Translations under genes and position numbers: made by a program
Notes under the pieces: generated by a model
The model's database searches: none
What the model was told of the DNA's origin: nothing
The model's input: only the letters and a program-made list of their open reading frames with translations
DNA from: Candidatus Omnitrophota bacterium
Lineage (GTDB): Bacteria > Omnitrophota > Gorgyraeia > JAFGHF01
Length of the DNA: 64,000 bases
Reading direction: 5' to 3'
NCBI GenBank assembly: GCA_016939375.1
Contig: JAFGHF010000072.1
Coordinates: 229 to 64,228 of the forward strand
Part shown: piece after piece, positions 41,644 to 50,464 of the stretch
Layout of the letters: every line of letters starts with the position of its first letter
Numbering within the stretch: position 1 is the first letter of the stretch

Positions 41644-42901
41644 CCCCCTTTATTAATTCGCTGTTTCTGAGAGTAGCGCCTCTGTTGGTCGTGACCAACT
41701 TTCGGGCCAGAGTTCCCAGATTTTTTGAAAATTCCGGTTCTGACAAAAGCCTGTCGCAGATTTGCCCTAGCTCTGCAGCTTCTTTTATCATTACTGCTGC
41801 CTTATGATTTAAAAAGATGCTGGCAATATTGGAAAAATTAAACATGTGCGGTCCGAAAATTATCGCTTTGCCATGTATTGCGGGCTCGATGGGGTTTTGG
41901 CCGCCGTGTGCGATGAGGCTCCCGCCGATAAATACAAAATCCGCCAGGGCATACAAGGCTTTTAATTGGCCTATTGTATCTAGAACAAGAATCCGCCGTT
42001 GGTGGTTTGTGGTTCGTGGTTCGTCTTTTATTTGGCTGACTCTTTGGGGCTTAAAGCCAAATCTAAAGATCAAATTTTCTATCTCCTTCGTTCGTTCAAT
42101 ATGTCTGGGGGCGAGCAACAATCTCAAATTTGCATGTTTTTTCAATAATTTTTTATAGGCGTTTAGGATCATCTCCTCTTCGCCGCGATGCGTGCTCCCT
42201 GCGACAAAAAGTTTCTCTCCCGCATCCAATCCTAAAGCTGATGGCTGATAGCTGACAGCTGACAGCTCCAAATCAAACTTCATGTTTCCCGTAACCCTGA
42301 CTTTGCTCGCTTCTGCCCCCAATTCAACGATTCTTTTTGCGTCATCTTCTGTCTGCATGCAGAATAAACTGAGCTTACGTAAGGTAGATCTAATAAAGCC
42401 GGATATAAGCTTATAGCCCTTAAATGAACGCGTTGAAATCCTCCCGTTCACCAGGATTATGGGGATTTCACGCTTATTAAGCTGGCTGATCAAGTTTGGC
42501 CAGATTTCAGTCTCAGTGATGATGTACATGCTTGGTCTTACGATGGAAATTATCTTTTTGATCACAAAATCGATGTCTAAAGGAGAATAGATGACGGCAT
42601 CGTCGCCCTCGGCCAGCTTATTGACTATTTTGTTGCCGGTCTGTGTAACTGTGGAAAAGACTATCCTGCGTTCGGGAAACTCATGCCGCAATTTTTTCAC
42701 TAAACCGGCAGCAGCGGCAGCCTCGCCAACGCTTACTGTGTGCAACCAAATAGTTTTTTTTCCTTGTAATCTATTTAACGTCTTCTCGGGAAATAGCCCC
42801 AGACGCATTAGAAATCCTTTATGCCACTTTCCCCGCAGCAAAAAAACGGGAAAATAGAAAAAGAAAAATAAAACATACAGGGAACTATAAATCAATCGCA
42901 T
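41546..42901 (-). CDS. waaA: 3-deoxy-D-manno-octulosonic acid (Kdo) transferase
   Basis: 451 aa. N-terminal TM helix, WLHTVSVGE and STHRGEEE motifs of the GT30 KdtA family. Confidence 0.85.
   Translation of the reverse strand: MRLIYSSLYVLFFFFYFPVFLLRGKWHKGFLMRLGLFPEKTLNRLQGKKTIWLHTVSVGEAAAAAGLVKKLRHEFPERRIVFSTVTQTGNKIVNKLAEGDDAVIYSPLDIDFVIKKIISIVRPSMYIITETEIWPNLISQLNKREIPIILVNGRISTRSFKGYKLISGFIRSTLRKLSLFCMQTEDDAKRIVELGAEASKVRVTGNMKFDLELSAVSYQPSALGLDAGEKLFVAGSTHRGEEEMILNAYKKLLKKHANLRLLLAPRHIERTKEIENLIFRFGFKPQRVSQIKDEPRTTNHQRRILVLDTIGQLKALYALADFVFIGGSLIAHGGQNPIEPAIHGKAIIFGPHMFNFSNIASIFLNHKAAVMIKEAAELGQICDRLLSEPEFSKNLGTLARKLVTTNRGATLRNSELIKGVVNEGERLHDQKSGGGKTLDHLKPADRNLSKV
42237..42268 (-). repeat. 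Degenerate heptanucleotide tandem array (AGCTNTC, 5 units) lying in-frame inside waaA. It encodes the ELSAVSYQPSAL linker.
   Basis: Minus strand reads GAGCTGTC AGCTGTC AGCTATC AGCCATC AGCTTTA. Confidence 0.45.
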
Positions 42902-42930
42902 AGACCGACCGCACCTCTACATCAGCCGTT

Positions 42931-43800
42931 TTAGGCCCTGGGGTGAGCTTTATTATAAACTGATTTTAAGTGTTCTGTAGTTATATGGGTATAAATCTGA
43001 GTAGTAGAAAGGCTTGCGTGTCCTAAGAGCTCCTGGACACTTCTTAAATCCGCTCCTTTATCCAATAAATGCGTGGCAAAGGAATGCCTGAGGGTGTGAG
43101 GAGATACTTTCTCTTTCAAAGACGCTATCCGGATATATTTAGAGATCAAGTTCTGGACCCCGCGGTCAGTAAGCCTGCGCTTGTTTTTATTTAAAAACAA
43201 GGCCCTGCTGTCCTTTTTGGGCTCTGGTTCTTTCTCCAGATAATCCCTTATTGCCCTGAGAGCCCTATCTCCTATTGGCACCAATCGTTCTTTTCTGCCT
43301 TTTCCATACACCCTGACCATACCAGAAATAAAATCTACCTTTCCTATGCTTAAACCCACCAATTCGCTCACGCGCATGCCTGTGCTGTATAAAGCTTCGA
43401 GTATCGCCCGGTCCCTCAATCCCAAGGCGGTCTTTTTATCCGGGGCTTCGATAAGAGTGGCTACCTTTTCTACGTCTAAAAAAATGGGCAGTTTTTTATC
43501 CATTTTTGGGGAAGAAACGCCTGTTACCGGATTATATTTCAGATGACCTTCGCGTACCAAAAACTTAAAAAAGGAACGATATGTAGAAAGTTTTCTGGCA
43601 ACCGTACGCTTTTGTATATTCCTGCTTTTCAAATCGGCCAGATATTTACGTATGTCCAAACGGTCAATTTTTAAGGCATCTTTATCTTTTAAAAAAGTAA
43701 ACAACTGTTGTAGGTCGATACGGTAATTAAGCAAAGTATGGGGCGAGACATTTTTTTCTATCTCCAGATACGTAAAAAATTTCTCGGTATACCTGTTCAT
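42931..43800 (-). CDS. xerD: Tyrosine site-specific recombinase XerC/XerD family. Start chosen at the internal MNRYTEKFF because the longer ORF overlaps topA.
   Basis: C-terminal HTLRHSFATHLLDKGADLRSVQELLGHASLSTTQIYTH with the catalytic Tyr. Confidence 0.8.
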   Translation of the reverse strand: MNRYTEKFFTYLEIEKNVSPHTLLNYRIDLQQLFTFLKDKDALKIDRLDIRKYLADLKSRNIQKRTVARKLSTYRSFFKFLVREGHLKYNPVTGVSSPKMDKKLPIFLDVEKVATLIEAPDKKTALGLRDRAILEALYSTGMRVSELVGLSIGKVDFISGMVRVYGKGRKERLVPIGDRALRAIRDYLEKEPEPKKDSRALFLNKNKRRLTDRGVQNLISKYIRIASLKEKVSPHTLRHSFATHLLDKGADLRSVQELLGHASLSTTQIYTHITTEHLKSVYNKAHPRA

Positions 43801-43801
43801 T

Positions 43802-45748
43802 TTAAGGCAGCTTATTGGTGATGTATTTGCATTTGGGATACTTTGAACAGCCATAAAACACCCGACCCCTGCGGGAGCGGCGCTCAACCAACCAGCCATC
43901 ACAATCTTTTTCCGGACAACGGACCTCGGTGGTAATACTGCGCGCGCTTTTACATTTGGGAAACCCCGAACAGCTTAAGAAACGTCCATGCCTTCCCCAT
44001 TTGATGACCATAGGCTTGCCACAGAGCTCACAGACTTCATTAGTGGGGATGACTTCTTTTTTGACTTTCTTTTGGGCCACCGAAAGCTCTTCGATAAAGG
44101 GGGCGTAAAACAGTTTTACGACTTCCACCCATTCTTGTTTGCCTTCCTCGACCTCATCCAGTTCCCCCTCAAGTTTAGCCGTGAATTCCACATCGACAAT
44201 CTTTGAAAAGAATTTGGTCAATAAATCGTTCACCGTAAAGCCTAGTTCCGTGGGAAAAAGATATCCTTTATCCCTGCGCACATAATCACGGGCGATTATA
44301 GTCTGCATAATGGGGGCGTATGTGCTTGGCCTGCCGATGCCTTTTTCCTCCAAGGCCTTGACTAAAGTAGCGTCTGAATATCGTGCCGGCGGTTGTGTAA
44401 AATGCTGCCCGGAATCCAGTTTTATCAAATCCAGCTCTTCCCCCTTGTGCACTTCGGGCATATATTGTTTTTCTTCGTCTTTTTTCGAATTTAGGGCTTT
44501 CAAGAACCCCGCAAACTTGATAGTTGAGCCTACTGTTTTAAACACAAATACCCCGGCATTGATTAAAATCGAGGTCACCGCATAAATGGCCGGCTTCATC
44601 TGGCTGGATAAAAATTTATCCCATATCAAGCTATATAACTTGTATTGGTCGGGGCTCAAATATTCTTTGAGAGTATCCGGGGCCCTGAGCGGTAAAGTGG
44701 GGCGAATTGCTTCGTGGGCTTCCTGCGCTGACTTCTTTGACTTATATTTTGGCGGCTTCGGAGGAAGATAATCATCTCCGTATTCAGCGCAGATATAGTC
44801 TCTGGCCGCTTTTTGGGCTACGGTCGAGACTCTCACCGAATCGGTACGCATATATGTGATAAGCCCCACACTCTCTTCTTTACCTATCTCCAAGCCCTCA
44901 TATAGCTGTTGGGCTATTCGCATGGTCCTGCTGGCGGAAAAATGTAATTGATTGAAGGCGTCTTGCTGAAGTTTGCTGGTCGTATGAGGAGCCTGGGGAT
45001 TGCGCCTTTTCTCCTTTCTCTGGATATCGGAGACAATAAACTTTTCCTTACCTGCCTGCATTAAAATTTTATCGGCTTGCTCTTTGGTCTTAATAGTCGG
45101 CTTTTTTGTGCCAATCTTATCGAGCTTAGCCAAAAACGTCTTTTCTTCATCCTGCTTCTTAAGCAGTGCCTCTATCTCCCAATATTCTTCGGGGACAAAA
45201 AGCCCTATTTCTCTTTCTCTCTCGACAATAATCCTCACCGCTACCGATTGGACTCTGCCGGCGGAGAGCCCCCGGCTGATCTTTCTCCACAAAAGCGGGC
45301 TTAGGCTATATCCGACTAACCTATCTAAGATTCTGCGGGCCTGCTGGGCTTCGACCTTATGGATATCTATCGACCCGGGATGGGCAAACGCCTCTTTTAC
45401 CGCCTGTTCAGTTATTTCATGTACAATAACTCTGAAAATTTTTGCCTTGGTGACCAAATTTTGTTTGATATGCCAGCAGATAGCCTCACCTTCTCTGTCC
45501 GGGTCGGCAGCCAAATAGACATTTTTCATCTTCTTGGCGTCTTTCTTGATCTGTGTAAGTATTTTTTTGCGTTCGGGGATAACCACGTAATCAGCAGTAA
45601 AACCGTTTTCAACATTTACGCCCATTTTAGTCTTGGGCAAATCCATAATATGGCCGCCTGATGCCTGGACCACGAAATCAGAACCCAAAAATTTATTGAT
45701 CGTCTTTGCCTTGGCTGGCGATTCGACTATAACTAATGATTTTGGCAT
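43802..45748 (-). CDS. topA: DNA topoisomerase I with C-terminal zinc-ribbon repeats
   Basis: 648 aa. TOPRIM domain, active-site region, and Cys4 ribbons (CELCGKPM.., CPEKDC..). Confidence 0.9.
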   Translation of the reverse strand: MPKSLVIVESPAKAKTINKFLGSDFVVQASGGHIMDLPKTKMGVNVENGFTADYVVIPERKKILTQIKKDAKKMKNVYLAADPDREGEAICWHIKQNLVTKAKIFRVIVHEITEQAVKEAFAHPGSIDIHKVEAQQARRILDRLVGYSLSPLLWRKISRGLSAGRVQSVAVRIIVEREREIGLFVPEEYWEIEALLKKQDEEKTFLAKLDKIGTKKPTIKTKEQADKILMQAGKEKFIVSDIQRKEKRRNPQAPHTTSKLQQDAFNQLHFSASRTMRIAQQLYEGLEIGKEESVGLITYMRTDSVRVSTVAQKAARDYICAEYGDDYLPPKPPKYKSKKSAQEAHEAIRPTLPLRAPDTLKEYLSPDQYKLYSLIWDKFLSSQMKPAIYAVTSILINAGVFVFKTVGSTIKFAGFLKALNSKKDEEKQYMPEVHKGEELDLIKLDSGQHFTQPPARYSDATLVKALEEKGIGRPSTYAPIMQTIIARDYVRRDKGYLFPTELGFTVNDLLTKFFSKIVDVEFTAKLEGELDEVEEGKQEWVEVVKLFYAPFIEELSVAQKKVKKEVIPTNEVCELCGKPMVIKWGRHGRFLSCSGFPKCKSARSITTEVRCPEKDCDGWLVERRSRRGRVFYGCSKYPKCKYITNKLP

Positions 45749-45757
45749 ATATGCTTT

Positions 45758-45859
45758 CCTTTTTTTGGTTTTTGAGTGTTGACGGCGTTTGAGCTATTAT
45801 TGGTACCGGTTTTCTTAAGGTCTAGAATGCCTGCACAAAACAGGTGCTCAAGGCCTTGG
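45758..45859 (+). repeat. Copy A (full length, about 100 nt) of a conserved intergenic element, filling the topA-dprA gap
   Basis: cctttttttggtttttgagtgttgacggcgtttgagctattattggtaccggttttcttaaggtctagaatgcctgcacaaaacaggtgctcaaggccttgg. About 80 % identical to copy B, with a 31-nt identical core. Confidence 0.6.
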
Positions 45860-45864
45860 CTTGT

Positions 45865-46782
45865 TTATGTGCGTATAAATTGCTTTCCGGGAAGCTCCTT
45901 GATCAATCCCTTGTGTTCTAAGCGCAGCAGACAATTCAACAACTTACCATGCGAAAAGATTACCTTTTCCATAATATCGTCTATATATGATGGCTCTTTG
46001 GTTATATTGTCATAAATCTGTTTTTCTTCTTCTGAAAGGCCGGGTAAGGGCAATGCCTCTTGCTTTTTTACGTCCTGATAAATCCTCAAGGATTCTATTT
46101 CTTCTATTATATCTTCCACCGACTCTACCAACTTAGCTCCATCTTTGATTAAACTGTGCGTTCCTTGAGATGTAAGAGAGCCGATTTTCCCTGGGATAGC
46201 GAATACTTCCCTTCCCTGTTCCAGAGCAAAGTTGGCCGTAATAAGTGCCCCGCTTCTTTTGGCCGCCTCGATTACGACTATGCCTAAAGACATACCGCTG
46301 ATAATGCGGTTCCGCCGAGGAAAATTCTGTTTAAACGGAGGCGTTCCCAGAGGAAATTCTGAAATGACTGCGCCGTTGCGCGCAACATCCTCCGCCAGCT
46401 TGCTATTTTCAGGAGGGTAAATTACGTCGACGCCGCTGCCTAATACAGCTATAGTCCTGCCACCGGCCTTCAGCGCACCGCGATGAGCTGCACTGTCAAC
46501 CCCCCTGGCCAAGCCACTAACTATTGTAATGCCTTTCGCCGCTAGGTGAAAGGCCAGGTTTTCGGCATTATGTTGTCCGTAATAAGTTGCCCGCCGTGAT
46601 CCGACGACTGCAATAGCAATACTGTCTTCCTTGAGCAGAGAACCTTTTATATTAAGACTAGCTGGCGGATCGAATATGTATTTTAGGTTGATTGGATACT
46701 CTTCATCCGCAAAATTAAGGATTTTTATGGGGCTCTTTTTCTCTACAGTTTTCATCAACGCCTTGTTTGATTTTTTCAGCAA
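45865..46782 (-). CDS. dprA: DNA processing protein A (Smf)
   Basis: 305 aa. Rossmann-like DprA domain (GLARGVDSAAH, GTPP). Confidence 0.85.
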   Translation of the reverse strand: MLKKSNKALMKTVEKKSPIKILNFADEEYPINLKYIFDPPASLNIKGSLLKEDSIAIAVVGSRRATYYGQHNAENLAFHLAAKGITIVSGLARGVDSAAHRGALKAGGRTIAVLGSGVDVIYPPENSKLAEDVARNGAVISEFPLGTPPFKQNFPRRNRIISGMSLGIVVIEAAKRSGALITANFALEQGREVFAIPGKIGSLTSQGTHSLIKDGAKLVESVEDIIEEIESLRIYQDVKKQEALPLPGLSEEEKQIYDNITKEPSYIDDIMEKVIFSHGKLLNCLLRLEHKGLIKELPGKQFIRT

Positions 46783-47248
46783 CCTGTTCTATTGTCATTT
46801 CAGACGTATCAATGGTAAAGTCTGCTTTAGCGTAAAAGGGTGCCCTCTCTTGCAATAACGACTCTACCTTTTGCCTAGGGTCCTTCACGTTTAACAAGGG
46901 ACGGTGGCGGTATCTTTTGGTTCTCTCTAAAATGGTATTTACATCGGCGCTAAGACAGACTATCTTGCCGTTCCTTTTTAAATTCTGGATGTTCTCTTCA
47001 TCTAATACAACCCCTCCGCCAGCGTCAATTACAAACCTGTCCAGCTCCGAAACCTTTTTCACTATTTCCTTTTCTACACTACGAAAATACGGTTCGCCGT
47101 TTTTCTTAAATATATCATTAATCGAACGGCGTTCCTTATCTTCGATGACCTCGTCAGTAGAAATATATTTTATTCCCATCTCCTTGGCCAGGAGCCTGCC
47201 TACTGCGGTCTTTCCTGTGCCCATGAAACCGACTAATACTATATTCAT
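46715..47248 (-). CDS. aroK: Shikimate kinase
   Basis: 177 aa. P-loop GFMGTGKT. Confidence 0.85.
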   Translation of the reverse strand: MNIVLVGFMGTGKTAVGRLLAKEMGIKYISTDEVIEDKERRSINDIFKKNGEPYFRSVEKEIVKKVSELDRFVIDAGGGVVLDEENIQNLKRNGKIVCLSADVNTILERTKRYRHRPLLNVKDPRQKVESLLQERAPFYAKADFTIDTSEMTIEQVAEKIKQGVDENCREKEPHKNP

Positions 47249-48372
47249 CAGAATGCCCTGATCTGCCTTAAATATCCCTGATAGTTTCTCTTAAGTTCTT
47301 GCAACGAATCGCCTGCGAATTTCTCGATTAAGGCCTGGGCAATGCAAAAACAGGCCATTGCCCGGGCGACTACTCCCGCCGCCGGTACTGCGCATACATC
47401 AGCCCTTTCCACGCTAGCCTTCGTCTTGCGCTTACTTTTTATATTTATGCTTGGAAGGGGCTGCCTTAAAGTCGCTATCGGCTTCATCGCACAGCGTAAA
47501 ACCAATGGCTCGCCGTTGGTCATACCGCCCTCTAAGCCTCCGGCATTATTAGAGTTTCTGAAGAATCCCTTTTCCCGGGAATAGAATATGCTATCATGGA
47601 TCTCCGAGCCCCGCTGGCATGCCCCTGAAAAGCCTGCTCCGATCTCCACTCCTTTAATTGCCGGTATCGACATCAGCGCGGCCGCAAGCTTAGCATCAAG
47701 ACGCCTATCCCATTGAGCATAACTTCCCAGGCCAGAGGGTATATTTTTGACAATAATCTCGAAGGTGCCTCCTAAAGAATCACCCTCGGTCTTGGCCTTG
47801 TCTATTTCTGCCATCATTTTCGCCTGGGCTTTCTTGTCAGCACAGCTTAAAGGCGATCTTTCAGCTGCCCTGTCAATCTGATTAAAAGACATCCCTTCCG
47901 TATGAGCACAGACCTTGCCGATACTGATCACATGATTTAGTGAGGCGATATTGAACTCGCCCAAAAATATCCTGCAGATCGCGCCTATAGCAACACGCAT
48001 CGCTGTCTCTCTTGCGCTGGCCCTTTCTAATACGTCTCTCATATCCTTAGTATTAAGTTTCAAAGCACCGCTTAAATCAGCATGTCCGGGCCTGGGGCAG
48101 ATGATTGCGGGCAAAACGTTTATCTTAAAGTCCCTATTTTTAATTAATAAAGCTAAGGGAGAACCTATGGTCTTGCCTTTTCTTAACCCTGAGAGGATGT
48201 TGATCTTGTCTTTTTCAATCTTCATCCTGGCGCCTCGGCCATACCCCTTCTGTCTACTGGCCAGATCTTGATCGATAAGCTGCTTATTGATTTTCAGACC
48301 AGCTGGCAGACCATCCAAAATCCCAATAAGGGACGCTCCATGCGATTCACCTGCTGTTAAAAACCTAAGCAT
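47248..48372 (-). CDS. aroC: Chorismate synthase
   Basis: 374 aa. N-terminal FLTAGESHG signature. Confidence 0.9.
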   Translation of the reverse strand: MLRFLTAGESHGASLIGILDGLPAGLKINKQLIDQDLASRQKGYGRGARMKIEKDKINILSGLRKGKTIGSPLALLIKNRDFKINVLPAIICPRPGHADLSGALKLNTKDMRDVLERASARETAMRVAIGAICRIFLGEFNIASLNHVISIGKVCAHTEGMSFNQIDRAAERSPLSCADKKAQAKMMAEIDKAKTEGDSLGGTFEIIVKNIPSGLGSYAQWDRRLDAKLAAALMSIPAIKGVEIGAGFSGACQRGSEIHDSIFYSREKGFFRNSNNAGGLEGGMTNGEPLVLRCAMKPIATLRQPLPSINIKSKRKTKASVERADVCAVPAAGVVARAMACFCIAQALIEKFAGDSLQELKRNYQGYLRQIRAF

Positions 48373-48391
48373 CGTCTATCTCCTTTTTTAA

Positions 48392-48754
48392 TTAGTGAAG
48401 CCTCCTGTAAACATATTTGGAAATTCTAACCCTGCTTCTTTCATCTATCTCGGTCAACTCTACACCGGCATAGTAATATTCTTTCTTTTTCTCGACGTTA
48501 GTCTCTTCCGTCTCTTTGCATTTTTTGATCCAGACTATTTTTCCCTTGGCCGGCACTGCCTGGGAATCACCAGGCAAAAATAACTCTACCTCTACATTCG
48601 TGCCTACATCTAGCTTACGGTCCACAATCAGACGTACGCCTATCCCGCTTACGTCAAAGGCCGAGCACTTTCCCTCAATTTTTATGCCTTTGTAATCCAC
48701 CAGCACCAATCCGTTAGAACGAACATATCTTCTTTTCTCTTCCATATAGACCAC
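48392..48754 (-). CDS. PilZ-domain protein (candidate c-di-GMP receptor)
   Basis: 120 aa. RRYVR (RxxxR) and DVSGIG (DxSxxG) motifs. Confidence 0.7.
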   Translation of the reverse strand: MVYMEEKRRYVRSNGLVLVDYKGIKIEGKCSAFDVSGIGVRLIVDRKLDVGTNVEVELFLPGDSQAVPAKGKIVWIKKCKETEETNVEKKKEYYYAGVELTEIDERSRVRISKYVYRRLH

Positions 48755-48763
48755 CTCTCTAAA

Positions 48764-49546
48764 CTAAATTAAAAAAAGCCATTTTATGATCTTTTCACCC
48801 CAAAACACGGATATCAAAGCGGCTAAGGATAAGAAGGGGCCGTAAGGGATAAAACTTTCGCCTTTCTTAATCTTCAAAATAATGCCGAATATAGCGCCAA
48901 AAAAAGGTGCCAGGAAGAAAGTCAAAAGCACTAACTTCCACCCTATGAATGTCCCCAGCATTGCCATCAACTTTACGTCTCCTCCACCCATACTTTCTTT
49001 TTTAAATATCGCGTCCCCGATAATCCCTGTAATATAAATACTGCCGCCTCCGGCCAATAGTCCTAAAAAGGATAAGCCCAGAGATGTCAATCTAGAGGCG
49101 CTGCTGTGCAATTGAGGGAAAATTACACTCACGATAAGCCCTATGACTATTCCCCAGAGGCTTATCTCGTCAGGTATCTCCCTTATCGCTATATCTATGA
49201 AGCTAGCGACAATTAGGCTTGAGCTTACCGCTGCGAAAATCCAAAACCGCAAGGAGATGCCAAAGTATAGGTATAAGGATAAAAATATACTGGCGCTGAT
49301 CAGCTCTACGATGAAATACCGCCATGAAATCCTCTGACCACAATGCCTACAGCGGCCCCTTAAGAACACAAAACTCAAAAAGGGAATATTGTCATACCAG
49401 TTTATCCTGTGCTGACAGCCAGGACAATGTGAAGGTGGTTTGACGATCGATTCTTTGCGGGGCATCCTATATATGCATACATTAAGAAAACTCCCTATTG
49501 TTGCCCCAAAAACAAATATAAATATCTTAAGTATTATTTCTTCCAT
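48764..49546 (-). CDS. pilD: Type IV prepilin leader peptidase (A24 family)
   Basis: 260 aa. N-terminal CPGCQ...CRHCGQ zinc motif. Polytopic membrane protein. Confidence 0.8.
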   Translation of the reverse strand: MEEIILKIFIFVFGATIGSFLNVCIYRMPRKESIVKPPSHCPGCQHRINWYDNIPFLSFVFLRGRCRHCGQRISWRYFIVELISASIFLSLYLYFGISLRFWIFAAVSSSLIVASFIDIAIREIPDEISLWGIVIGLIVSVIFPQLHSSASRLTSLGLSFLGLLAGGGSIYITGIIGDAIFKKESMGGGDVKLMAMLGTFIGWKLVLLTFFLAPFFGAIFGIILKIKKGESFIPYGPFLSLAALISVFWGEKIIKWLFLI

Positions 49547-50388
49547 TATGTCTTAGTAAGAACCTCTCTTAACGCCTCTTCCATCACATCTATTGGAGGG
49601 TCTGCTTCCAGCCAAATCCTAAATGCCAATACACCCTGATATAAAAGCATGCCCAAGCCGTTAAAGACTCCGGCACAGCCACGCGCCTTGGCCTCTATTA
49701 AAAGGGGCGTCTGCGCGGGATTATAGACAAGGTCGTATACTACCATCTTCTTCTGCAAGAGCGTAGGGTCAAAGACTAAATGGTCGGACTTGCTCATCCC
49801 GATCGGAGTTGCATTTATCAAAAGGTCTGGCTCTCCACTAAGCAGATCATTGGCATCTTTTGCCTCCTTTAAAAGACATTGGGGGCAAATAATCTTTAGC
49901 CTTTCAATCAATTCCTTTGTCTTTTGGCTATCAATATCAAATATAGAAATGGTTTTGGCTTTAGACTTCGCCAATATTGCCGTCAGGGCCTTGGCTGCCC
50001 CGCCAGCACCTAAGACTGCCGCAGCCTTTCCTTTAGGATCGAAACCCACAGCCTCTTTGAGATGGGTTATAAACCCCCGGCCATCTGTATTGAATCCGGT
50101 GCTTTCACCGCCTGCGTCAATTTTTACTGTATTTACTGCGCCTATGAGGTCTGCCTCCTCATCTATGTGGTCTAAAAATTGAATCACCTTTTCCTTGTAC
50201 GGAATTGTCACGTTCAGGCCAGAGACACCTTGTTTCAATTTATTTTTAAGTTCTACTTCCAGTTTTTGCGGTTGAATTTCAAAAAGCTCATATCGGGCAT
50301 CTATGCCCAATGCCTGAAAAGCGGCATTATGCATTATTGCCGAATAGCTATGTTTGACCGGAAAACCTATTAACCCGAATATTTTCAT
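49546..50388 (-). CDS. aroE: Shikimate dehydrogenase
   Basis: 280 aa. N-terminal shikimate-binding and Rossmann GAGGAAKA motifs. Confidence 0.85.
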   Translation of the reverse strand: MKIFGLIGFPVKHSYSAIMHNAAFQALGIDARYELFEIQPQKLEVELKNKLKQGVSGLNVTIPYKEKVIQFLDHIDEEADLIGAVNTVKIDAGGESTGFNTDGRGFITHLKEAVGFDPKGKAAAVLGAGGAAKALTAILAKSKAKTISIFDIDSQKTKELIERLKIICPQCLLKEAKDANDLLSGEPDLLINATPIGMSKSDHLVFDPTLLQKKMVVYDLVYNPAQTPLLIEAKARGCAGVFNGLGMLLYQGVLAFRIWLEADPPIDVMEEALREVLTKT

Positions 50389-50408
50389 TTATCTCGATTT
50401 TAGAACGA

Positions 50409-50429
50409 AGGGCGAGTTTCTCTCGCCCT
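50409..50429 (-). terminator. Candidate intrinsic terminator downstream of leuA (8-bp GC-rich stem, weak U-tract)
   Basis: Minus strand reads AGGGCGAG-AGAAA-CTCGCCCT followed by TCGTTCT. Confidence 0.4.
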
Positions 50430-50464
50430 ACCTGGTGTTTGCTCAATAAACTTAAATTATCAAT

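Noticed and set aside
45777-45800. Reading TTGACG...TATTAT inside the conserved element as a sigma70 promoter
   Set aside because: Spacing between the putative -35 and -10 is only 10 nt. Alternative registers need -35 hexamers with 2/6 matches in copies B and C. The orientation relative to flanking genes is also inconsistent between copies.
45776-46015. 62-79-aa plus-strand ORF starting inside conserved element copy A (ATG at 45827, after an AAGG box)
   Set aside because: The equivalent position in copy B has ATA instead of ATG. A and B differ by a 1-nt indel in the hairpin loop, so no reading frame is conserved. The ORF runs antisense through the dprA 3' end.
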